Source: an uncultured Lachnospiraceae bacterium
Lineage (GTDB): Bacteria; Bacillota; Clostridia; Lachnospirales; Lachnospiraceae
Direction of reading: 5' to 3'
Assembly (NCBI GenBank): GCA_964494285.1
Contig: CAZBRY010000001.1
Span: 4,405-36,715 of the forward strand
Length of the DNA: 32,311 bases
Part shown: positions 9,941 through 17,749 of the stretch, piece after piece
Position numbering within the stretch: the first letter of the stretch is position 1
How the letters are laid out: every line of letters starts with the position of its first letter
The notes under the pieces: model-generated
Databases searched by the model: none
Seen by the model: only the letters and a program-made list of their open reading frames with translations
Told to the model about the DNA's origin: nothing
Position numbers and translations under genes: made by a program

Positions 9941-10661
9941 AATATCCGCAAGGGGACTTCGGAAATGCTTTGGAGAATTGGAGGTGCTTAAGCACATTGA
10001 TGTGGAGGTGACCGAAAAGGAAGTGTTATGCGTGATAGGGCCTTCCGGCTCCGGTAAGAGTACTTTTCTGCGTTGTTTAAATCGATTGGAATCCATTACA
10101 GGCGGCGAGGTCGTCGTGAATGGTGTTAATATATCTGATAAAAAGACGGATATTAATAAAATCCGGGAAAATATCGGCATGGTATTTCAGCAATTCAATT
10201 TATTTACAAACTTAAATATTTTGGACAATATTACGTTGGCGCCGACGATGTTAAAAATCATGGTGAAGGACGATGCGGAAAAGAAGGCCTATGAGCTGCT
10301 CGACAGGGTGGGACTGCGCGATAAGGCACTCGCTTATCCAAGCCAGCTTTCCGGCGGACAGAAGCAACGTTGCGCGATCGCGCGGTCACTTGCAATGAAT
10401 CCAGACATTATGTTGTTTGACGAGCCGACGAGTGCGCTTGATCCGGAAATGGTCGGTGAGGTTTTAGATGTTATGAAGCAGCTTGCAAAGGATGGAATGA
10501 CGATGATTGTTGTTACACATGAAATGGGCTTTGCGAGAGAAGTTGCGGACAGAGTCATTTTTATGGATGATGGCTATATTGTAGAAGAGGGGACTTCGGA
10601 GGAGATTTTCGGGAATCCGAAGGAGGAGCGTACAATCAATTTTTTAAATAAAGTATTATAA
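9927..10661 (+). CDS. Amino-acid ABC transporter ATP-binding protein
   Basis: Start at ATG 9927 ([11 protein letters not shown]), overlapping the permease stop. Walker [10 protein letters not shown], signature LSGGQKQR, Walker [13 protein letters not shown]-loop VTHEMGFA. Confidence 0.92.
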   Translation: MADVKISARGLRKCFGELEVLKHIDVEVTEKEVLCVIGPSGSGKSTFLRCLNRLESITGGEVVVNGVNISDKKTDINKIRENIGMVFQQFNLFTNLNILDNITLAPTMLKIMVKDDAEKKAYELLDRVGLRDKALAYPSQLSGGQKQRCAIARSLAMNPDIMLFDEPTSALDPEMVGEVLDVMKQLAKDGMTMIVVTHEMGFAREVADRVIFMDDGYIVEEGTSEEIFGNPKEERTINFLNKVL

Positions 10662-10716
10662 GGATCATTTGATAAAGACAGAAAAATAATAAAGAAATTT
10701 GTGAGGGCTTGCGAGA

Positions 10717-11304
10717 ATGAAAAGAGTAATTGTGACGATCTGCCGTGAGTTCGGTGCAGAAGGGCATGAAATAGGAAAAATTTTAGGAGAGCGGCTTGGA
10801 ATTCCGATGTATGACAAACAACTTCTGGAAATGTCCGCCAAGGAAAGCGGACTGCCTCTTGATCGGGCGGCGGCGATCGACGAGAAGGCATCAGATCGGC
10901 TTTTGAGTAACTATATGCCGCTTGGCTCGGATGCACTCAATGATCAGCTTGTTCGGGTTGAATCCAATCTGATCAAGCAGCTTGCGGATAAGGGTTCGTG
11001 TATTATTGTCGGCAGACTGTCGGATTATGTGCTGCGAGATGAGCCTGATGCGGTCAAGGTTTTGATTACGGCGCCATTTGAAAAGCGGGTGGAGATTATC
11101 AGGGACAAACATCAGATTACCGGAGAAGCGGCAAAGAAGCTTGTAAAAAAGATGGATGCAGCCAGAAGTGCTTATTACAGTCGCTATACGAACGGAAAAT
11201 GGTGCCATGAGACGGAAAAGGATGTGATCCTAAATCGCGGAACCTTTGGTGTGGAGGGCTGTGCGAATATTCTCGAAGGTGTCATCCGAAAACGGATGGC
11301 ATAA
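10717..11304 (+). CDS. Cytidylate kinase-like family protein (degenerate P-loop)
   Basis: 195 aa. The N-terminus ICREFGAEGHEIGKILGERLGIPMYDK matches the Cytidylate_kin2-type family, which lacks the GK[ST] lysine of true Cmk. Function unknown. Confidence 0.65.
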   Translation: MKRVIVTICREFGAEGHEIGKILGERLGIPMYDKQLLEMSAKESGLPLDRAAAIDEKASDRLLSNYMPLGSDALNDQLVRVESNLIKQLADKGSCIIVGRLSDYVLRDEPDAVKVLITAPFEKRVEIIRDKHQITGEAAKKLVKKMDAARSAYYSRYTNGKWCHETEKDVILNRGTFGVEGCANILEGVIRKRMA

Positions 11305-11337
11305 ACTATAGAGGAATACCGTTTTAGGAGCGTCCAA

Positions 11338-13074
11338 ATGGATGACCAGAAAATTGAAAACCAGCTGAATTTAGCGTTGGATGCAACAGACGAAGAACGG
11401 CTGAAGTCAGAGGTTTTGGATATTGGTTTTAATCCGGTCGACCGGACATGGGAACTGATTGTTCGATATCATGGAGTGGCGGAGCAGATTGTTGAGCGCA
11501 TGGGCGGGCAGATCGTGTTTGAGGAGCTGTTCGGTGGCTATGCGATCGTGACAATCGAAGAGAGGCTCATTCATACGCTTGCATCCTTGGAAGAAATTGA
11601 ATACATTGAAAAACCAAAGAGGCTGTTTTTCTCTGCTAATCAGGGAAAGGCAGCTTCCTGTATTACAGAGGTTCAAGTTTCCGCACCATTTCTATCGGGC
11701 CTCGGTGTACTGATTGGAATCATAGACTCTGGAATTTCTTATAGAAACATGGATTTTCGCAATGAAGATGGTACAACGAGAATCATGTGGTTTTGGGACC
11801 AGTCTCAGGTGGACGGAGTCTATTCGGAGGCACAGATCAATGCAGCACTTTTGACGGATGAGATAATCAGTGTGGATATTACAGGACATGGAACCGCTGT
11901 TGCGGGGATTGCGGCGGGAAACGGCAACAATTCGGCGGGAAGATACCGGGGCGTTGCTTATCGGAGCAAACTGATTGTTGTTAAACTTGGAAACCCTGCC
12001 ATGGATTCATTTCCGCATACGACGCAGTTGATGAGAGGCGTCGATTTTTGTATCAGGAGAGCGCTTGAGGCGGAAATTCCGATTGCGGTTAATTTGAGCT
12101 TTGGAAACACGTACGGCTCGCATCAGGGAGATTCCCTGCTAGAAACATATCTCAACAATGCTTCGGGCATATGGAAAAATGTCATTTGTGTAGGAAGCGG
12201 AAATGAGGGAGCAGCAGGCGGGCATGCGGGTGGAATCCTGACGGATCGAGTCGAAGTGCGGGAGCTTGCAATTGATTCGGTGGAGGATACGATCAACATC
12301 CAACTTTGGAAAAAGTACCAGGATACTTTCACCGTGGAGTTGGTCAGTCCGAATGGGAGCCGCGTTGTGATACCAAATAACAGAAGGGGAACATGGCGCT
12401 ATATGGTGGAGCAAACGGAACTGCTGGTTTATTTGGGGGAGCCGACTCCTTATTCCGTGCTACAGGAAATCTATATCGAGATGTTGCCGTTTAACTCCTA
12501 CGGACAGGCGCCTGAGGAAGCGCAGAGTTTTATTAACAGCGGCATTTGGCGGTTTGAGTTGACTCCGATGCAAATTGTTGATGGTCGTTTTAATTTCTAT
12601 CTGCCAAGTACAACGGTGCTAAGTCCCGAAACACGTTTTTTGCTTCCAACGCCGACCCAAACGCTGACGATTCCTTCCGTTGCCTCTGGGGTGGTTACTG
12701 TGGCAGCTTACGACAGTCTTTACTCCTCGTATGCTGCATTTTCCGGGAGGGGTTTTGCGGGCAGCAATTTCCTGCCATTTGCCGGCGGGTATAAGCCGAC
12801 CCTTGCAGCACCCGGTGTTGGTATCGTAACGGCGACGGGTATCAATTCTTACTCGAGCTTTACCGGAACATCCTTTGCCACCCCGTTTGTGACAGGCTCG
12901 GCTGCGCTTCTGATGGAGTGGGGCATCGTCAGGGGAAATGATCCGTATTTGTATGGGGAAAAAATAAAGGCTTATCTGATTAAGGGCGCCAGACAACTTC
13001 CGGGCATCACGGAAACGCCAAATCCCCTAACCGGCTGGGGTGCGCTATGCCTGGCTGACAGCATACCTGACTAA
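11338..13074 (+). CDS. S8 (subtilisin) family serine peptidase, Csp (clostridial germination protease)-like architecture
   Basis: Catalytic triad in context: IGIIDSG (D130), GHGTAVAG (H184), GTSFATP (S512), with oxyanion Asn in GSGNEG. No signal peptide. There is an N-terminal prodomain-like block (WELIVRYHG...YAIVTIEE...EIEYIEKPKRLFF). About 160 aa are inserted between the Asn and the Ser-proximal core, as in the CspB jelly-roll. Confidence 0.8.
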   Translation: MDDQKIENQLNLALDATDEERLKSEVLDIGFNPVDRTWELIVRYHGVAEQIVERMGGQIVFEELFGGYAIVTIEERLIHTLASLEEIEYIEKPKRLFFSANQGKAASCITEVQVSAPFLSGLGVLIGIIDSGISYRNMDFRNEDGTTRIMWFWDQSQVDGVYSEAQINAALLTDEIISVDITGHGTAVAGIAAGNGNNSAGRYRGVAYRSKLIVVKLGNPAMDSFPHTTQLMRGVDFCIRRALEAEIPIAVNLSFGNTYGSHQGDSLLETYLNNASGIWKNVICVGSGNEGAAGGHAGGILTDRVEVRELAIDSVEDTINIQLWKKYQDTFTVELVSPNGSRVVIPNNRRGTWRYMVEQTELLVYLGEPTPYSVLQEIYIEMLPFNSYGQAPEEAQSFINSGIWRFELTPMQIVDGRFNFYLPSTTVLSPETRFLLPTPTQTLTIPSVASGVVTVAAYDSLYSSYAAFSGRGFAGSNFLPFAGGYKPTLAAPGVGIVTATGINSYSSFTGTSFATPFVTGSAALLMEWGIVRGNDPYLYGEKIKAYLIKGARQLPGITETPNPLTGWGALCLADSIPD

Positions 13075-13098
13075 AAAAATTTAAAATTTCGTCTGCCG

Positions 13099-13127
13099 TT
13101 GACAAATGAAAAAAATTTCGATACAAT
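13099..13127 (+). promoter_or_regulatory. Sigma-A type promoter candidate for the ABC exporter operon
   Basis: TTGACA (13099-13104), 17 nt spacer, TACAAT (13122-13127). Confidence 0.5.
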
Positions 13128-13138
13128 AAATAAAGTCG

Positions 13139-13175
13139 AGTGGCTTACCCGCATGGGTTGGCTGTTCTTTTTTTA
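13139..13175 (+). terminator. Terminator-like hairpin plus T-run (S8 gene terminator or leader attenuator)
   Basis: GGCTTACCC (13142-13150) pairs with GGGTTGGCT (13155-13163) with one T-T mismatch and one G-U pair, around a GCAT loop. A few wobble pairs extend the stem, and CTTTTTTT follows. It lies downstream of the predicted -10 and 37 nt upstream of ATG 13212. Confidence 0.4.
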
Positions 13176-13211
13176 TACGATGGGAAAGCAGAGAAGAGAG
13201 GATAGAAGTCA

Positions 13212-14957
13212 ATGTATAAAATACTTGCGAAAAGCATAAGGGAATATAAAAAGCCTTCCTTGATGGCACCGGTGCTCGTATCGTTTGAAGTGATTATGGA
13301 GTGTATTATTCCATTTATCATAGCGATGCTGGTCAATCAGATCAAGGCCGGAAGTGAATATGGAATTCTTGTTAAGTATGGACTGCTGCTAGTACTTATG
13401 GCAGGTTTGTCGCTCCTGTTTGGAACGGTCGCAGGCATGGCATGCGCCACGGCATCCAGCGGTTTTGCACGTAATTTACGAAAAGATTTGTTTTACAGAA
13501 TACAGACATATTCCTTTGAAAATATTGATAAGTTTTCATCGGCTTCGCTCGTGACAAGGATGACGACAGATGTCTCCAACGTGCAGAACGCTTATATGAT
13601 GATTATCCGGACGGCGATTCGATGCCCACTGATGTTGATTTTTTCTTTCACGATGGCGTTTATTATGGGCGGACGGATGGCATTTATTTTTGTGTTTGTC
13701 ATTCCGGTTTTGGGTTTCGGTCTGTATGCGGTTATTCGCAAAGCCATGCCGCTGTTTAAAAAGGTGTTTCGTAAATATGATGCGCTCAATAGCTCCATTC
13801 AGGAAAATGTGGCCGGCATGCGTGTCGTGAAGTCCTATGTGAGAGAGGATTACGAAAAAGAAAAATTTGAACGTGCGGCAGAGGATGTCTGCGCGGACTT
13901 TACGCAGGCGGAAAAAATACTGGCGTTCAACAATCCGCTGATGCAGTTCTGCCTCTATACCGTCATGCTCTTTGTGCTGTCATATGGCTCTTACACGATT
14001 ATTACGACAAGGGGACTGGATCTGGATGTAGGGCAGCTTTCCGCCCTGCTTACCTACAGTTTTCAGATTTTAAGCAGTCTGATGATGCTGTCCATGGTAT
14101 TTGTAATGATTACAATTGCGGGAGAGTCTTCGCACCGTATCGTAGAAGTGTTGCAAGAAGAAAGTACGCTGAAAAGTCCAAAGGATGGGCTCACGGAGGT
14201 AAAAGACGGTTCTGTTGATTTTGAACAGGTGGGCTTTAAATATTCCAAAACCGCATCTCGCATGGTACTTGAGGGAATCGACCTTCATATCCGCTCGGGC
14301 GAGACGATCGGTATTATCGGCGGTACAGGCTCCTCCAAATCCTCTCTGATTCAGTTGATTTCCAGACTTTATGACGCAACCGAGGGAATTGTCAAGGTTG
14401 GCGGTGTGGATGTGCGGGATTATGATCTGGAAGCGCTGCGAAATCAGGTGGCTGTCGTATTGCAGAAAAATGTGCTGTTTTCCGGTACCATTAAGGAAAA
14501 TCTTAAATGGGGAAACAAAGAAGCCACAGACGAGGAAGTCAAAGAGGCTTGCAGACTGGCGCAGGCGGACGAGTTTATTTCCCATTTTCCGCAGGGCTAT
14601 GATACTTATATTGAGCAGGGCGGTACGAATCTTTCCGGCGGACAGAAGCAGCGATTGTGCATTGCAAGGGCACTGTTAAAGAAACCGAAAATTCTCATTT
14701 TGGATGATTCGACCAGTGCGGTCGATACAAAAACGGATGCCTTGATTCGTAAGGCGATGAAGGAGTTCATCCCCGAGACGACGAAAATTATCATTGCGCA
14801 GAGGACAGCTTCGGTCGAGGATGCGGATCGCATTCTCATCATGGAAGGCGGAGCGATTCTTTCGGTCGGTACTCATGAGGAATTACTTGCGAAAAACGAG
14901 GTATACAGGGATATCTATGTGTCCCAGAATAAGGCAGGTGAGCAAAATGCAGAATAA
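13212..14957 (+). CDS. ABC exporter permease/ATPase fusion, subunit 1 of a heterodimer (carries the degenerate nucleotide-binding motifs)
   Basis: Six-TM exporter domain plus a nucleotide-binding domain. Walker A GGTGSSKS (Ser where the conserved Gly precedes Lys), canonical signature LSGGQKQR, Walker B ILILDDS (Asp in place of the catalytic Glu), H-loop IAQR (Gln in place of His). Confidence 0.9.
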   Translation: MYKILAKSIREYKKPSLMAPVLVSFEVIMECIIPFIIAMLVNQIKAGSEYGILVKYGLLLVLMAGLSLLFGTVAGMACATASSGFARNLRKDLFYRIQTYSFENIDKFSSASLVTRMTTDVSNVQNAYMMIIRTAIRCPLMLIFSFTMAFIMGGRMAFIFVFVIPVLGFGLYAVIRKAMPLFKKVFRKYDALNSSIQENVAGMRVVKSYVREDYEKEKFERAAEDVCADFTQAEKILAFNNPLMQFCLYTVMLFVLSYGSYTIITTRGLDLDVGQLSALLTYSFQILSSLMMLSMVFVMITIAGESSHRIVEVLQEESTLKSPKDGLTEVKDGSVDFEQVGFKYSKTASRMVLEGIDLHIRSGETIGIIGGTGSSKSSLIQLISRLYDATEGIVKVGGVDVRDYDLEALRNQVAVVLQKNVLFSGTIKENLKWGNKEATDEEVKEACRLAQADEFISHFPQGYDTYIEQGGTNLSGGQKQRLCIARALLKKPKILILDDSTSAVDTKTDALIRKAMKEFIPETTKIIIAQRTASVEDADRILIMEGGAILSVGTHEELLAKNEVYRDIYVSQNKAGEQNAE

Positions 14958-16839
14958 AAGAATAATAAAAAAAGGAATTGTCCCGCGCCTTCTAAAAATG
15001 ATTTTTGAATTTTATCCCGTTATGCTGCCGATTGTTATCGGATGTATTATTTTTAACGCGGTCGCTTCCTCAATTCCTTCGATTTTTATGCAGAATATTA
15101 TTTTGCTGATAGAAGATTCCTGGGAAGGAGGAGATTGGACATCGGTGTCCGGACGGATCCTGGGATTTGTGGGGTTATTGGCCGCATGCTATGTTCTCTC
15201 TCTGGCCGCTTCCCTGATCTACAACCGAATGATGGCGGTCATCACGCAGGGGTCATTAAAAAAACTGCGTATACGGATGTTTCGCGGTATGCAGAACCTT
15301 CCGGTCAAATATTTTGACACCAATCATTACGGCGATATCATGAGTTACTATACAAATGACATTGACGCACTCAGGCAGCTCATTTCACAGAGTATTCCGC
15401 AGCTGCTGACTTCCGGCGTTGTTGTTACGACGCTGTTCTGCATCATGATGTATTACAGTGTATGGATGCTGCTTGTTGTTTTGGCAGGTGTATTTTTAAT
15501 GTATCTGATTACAAAAAAGGTGGGCGGCGGCTCGGCAAAATATTTTATTCGGCAGCAGATCGCGCTTGGCAAGGTAGAGGGCTTTGCGGAGGAAATGATG
15601 ACGGGACAGAAGGTTATCAAGGTATTTTGCCATGAAGAGGAAAGCAAACAGGCTTTTGACAAAATCAATGATTCCCTGTTTGCCGACGCGGAGCGTGCGA
15701 ATAAATATGCGAATACGCTCGGTCCGATTTTGAATAATATCGGGAATATCCTTTACGTCATCGTTGCGTTGTGCGGCGGCTTGTTTCTTTTGTCGGGCAG
15801 ACCAAACCTGAGTATTTCGGGAATGGCATTCAGCATCAGCATTGTCGTTCCGTTTCTGAATATGACAAAGCAGTTTGCGGGCAATATCAATCAGGTGTCC
15901 AACCAAGTCAATGCAATTGTAATGGGACTTGCCGGTGCGACGAGAATTTTGGAATTGATCGATGAAGAACCGGAGACGGATGGAGGAATTGTAACGCTCG
16001 TCAATGTCCGGGAAGAGGATGGCGTGCTGACGGAATGTGTCGGTCGCACGGAAATGTGGGCATGGAAGCACCCGCACGAAGACGGCTCTGTGTCTTACAC
16101 AAGGCTGGCCGGTGATGTGCGGCTGCAGGATGTGGATTTTGGCTATACGGATGACAAGCTTGTTCTCCATAACATTTCTGTATTTGCAGAGCCGGGGCAG
16201 AAAGTCGCTTTTGTGGGAGCGACCGGAGCCGGAAAGACGACGATCACGAATTTGATCAACCGCTTTTATGAGATAGCGGATGGCAAGATTTATTACGATG
16301 GCATTAATATTAACCGGATTAAAAAGGCGGATCTACGCCGTTCACTCGGCATTGTGCTGCAGGATACGAATCTGTTTACGGGAACTGTATTAGACAATAT
16401 CCGCTACGGCAATTTGGAAGCTACGGATGAGGAATGCAAGGGTGCTGCGATGCTGGCTGGGGCGCATGATTTCATCACGCGTCTGCCGCAGGGCTATGAG
16501 ACACCTCTGACGGGTAACGGAGCAAATCTGTCGCAGGGGCAAAGACAGCTGCTTGCGATCGCGAGGGCGGCGGTAGCAAATCCGCCGGCCATGATTCTCG
16601 ATGAGGCGACCTCCTCTATTGATACGCATACGGAGTCGATTGTACAGAGAGGTATGGACGTTCTCATGCAGGGGCGTACTGTGTTTGTCATCGCACATCG
16701 ACTTTCCACGGTCAAGAATTCCGACGTCATTATGGTGCTCGAACAAGGCCGCATTGTGGAGCGCGGCAGCCATGAGCAGCTTCTGCAGGAAAAAGGGAAG
16801 TATTACCGGCTTTATACGGGTGCATTTGAGCTGGAATAA
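14947..16839 (+). CDS. ABC exporter permease/ATPase fusion, subunit 2 of a heterodimer (canonical ATPase motifs, non-canonical signature)
   Basis: Start at ATG 14947 (MQNKRIIKKG), overlapping the upstream stop by 11 nt. Walker A GATGAGKTT, Walker B MILDEATS, H-loop IAHRLST, but signature LSQGQRQ instead of LSGGQ. Confidence 0.9.
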   Translation: MQNKRIIKKGIVPRLLKMIFEFYPVMLPIVIGCIIFNAVASSIPSIFMQNIILLIEDSWEGGDWTSVSGRILGFVGLLAACYVLSLAASLIYNRMMAVITQGSLKKLRIRMFRGMQNLPVKYFDTNHYGDIMSYYTNDIDALRQLISQSIPQLLTSGVVVTTLFCIMMYYSVWMLLVVLAGVFLMYLITKKVGGGSAKYFIRQQIALGKVEGFAEEMMTGQKVIKVFCHEEESKQAFDKINDSLFADAERANKYANTLGPILNNIGNILYVIVALCGGLFLLSGRPNLSISGMAFSISIVVPFLNMTKQFAGNINQVSNQVNAIVMGLAGATRILELIDEEPETDGGIVTLVNVREEDGVLTECVGRTEMWAWKHPHEDGSVSYTRLAGDVRLQDVDFGYTDDKLVLHNISVFAEPGQKVAFVGATGAGKTTITNLINRFYEIADGKIYYDGININRIKKADLRRSLGIVLQDTNLFTGTVLDNIRYGNLEATDEECKGAAMLAGAHDFITRLPQGYETPLTGNGANLSQGQRQLLAIARAAVANPPAMILDEATSSIDTHTESIVQRGMDVLMQGRTVFVIAHRLSTVKNSDVIMVLEQGRIVERGSHEQLLQEKGKYYRLYTGAFELE

Positions 16840-16944
16840 AATTAATATCAATGCTTTGCGATGCCGTCCTGCCGCATCGATGGCATTCACCATTTCTCTG
16901 GAATTTCTTTCGTAAATTTACTCCTTATTTTCATAATTTGCATA

Positions 16945-17622
16945 TTACAATGAGGGGCGATGAGATAAAATTTTAAATTTATTTTTATCGCAGGAAAGAA
17001 TCCCTTCTCGCTGCAGCTTGCTGATTTCGCTGGACAGCGCGCTGCGGTCAACGGACAGATAATCGGCGAGCTGCTGTCGGTTAAAGGGGATTTCAAAGAC
17101 GGAACTTCCGGCTTTGAAAGACTCAAAGGACAGATAAGACAAGAGTCTGTCCCGAATTGTTTTTAGGGAAATATGCTGAATTTTTCTTGTCAGTGTCATA
17201 TTTTTTTGTGCGAGGGTAGTTAATAAATTCTGAATGAGCCGAGAATGAAACGAACAGGCGGAGGTACAGATCGTGAGGATTTTTCTGACATTGAGAAACA
17301 TGACAGTAGTCTCCTCGCTCGCAATCACGCTTGTCTCAATCGGAACCTGAGAAAGGCAGGCATAGGTCTCCGCAAAGATCATTCCCGGCGATATTTCAGA
17401 AAAAATAGATCGGTTTCCCCAAAAATCCTCTCTTTCAACGAATGCGAGACCGGACAAAACCATTCCGACGGAAGAAACCTGCTCCCCGCTTCTTAAAATG
17501 GTTTCATTTCTGCCGAATGTTTGCGTGCGTGCTGATAAACAGAGCAGCATTTCTTCGATTGCTGATTCATCCATCCCCATAAATAAATTTGATTCTTTTA
17601 AAATTGGTAAATATTTTTTCAT
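16945..17622 (-). CDS. Crp/Fnr-family transcriptional regulator (HcpR-like by context)
   Basis: 225 aa with an N-terminal cNMP-binding-like beta-barrel (LFMGMDESAIEEML...ILRSGEQVSSVGMVLSG) and a C-terminal HTH (NRQQLADYLSVDRSALSSEISKLQREGIL). Divergent from hcp. Confidence 0.85.
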   Translation of the reverse strand: MKKYLPILKESNLFMGMDESAIEEMLLCLSARTQTFGRNETILRSGEQVSSVGMVLSGLAFVEREDFWGNRSIFSEISPGMIFAETYACLSQVPIETSVIASEETTVMFLNVRKILTICTSACSFHSRLIQNLLTTLAQKNMTLTRKIQHISLKTIRDRLLSYLSFESFKAGSSVFEIPFNRQQLADYLSVDRSALSSEISKLQREGILSCDKNKFKILSHRPSL

Positions 17623-17646
17623 AAAAATCCTTTTGTTTTTAAAAAT

Positions 17647-17660
17647 GTTGTAATAACAAC
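17647..17660. promoter_or_regulatory. Perfect 5-N4-5 inverted repeat GTTGT-AATA-ACAAC, candidate Crp/Fnr-type box in the regulator/hcp divergent region
   Basis: It has the same 14-bp geometry as an FNR box but different arm sequence. Its centre lies 41.5 bp upstream of a start predicted about 7 nt after the TATAAA hexamer at 17683-17688. A second AGTATAAA copy at 17692-17699 makes the -10 assignment ambiguous. Confidence 0.4.
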
Positions 17661-17749
17661 GGAAAAGATGTTTCGATTATAGTATAAATACAGTATAAAA
17701 GCAAGCAAAGCGATTCAAGTATGTAATTGAGGGAAAGAGAGGTAACGGA

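Noticed and set aside
16851-16886. Weak alternative hairpins (CGATGC/GCATCG and ATGCC/GGCAT) between the ABC exporter and the convergent Crp/Fnr gene
   Set aside because: The stems are only 5-6 bp, mutually exclusive and without a U-tract, which is too weak to call a terminator.
14070-16893. Several 167-224 aa minus-strand ORFs (14070-14585, 15496-16170, 16390-16893) within the ABC exporter genes
   Set aside because: All are antisense to ORFs with complete Walker A, signature and Walker B sets. No start signals are visible. They are shadow ORFs.
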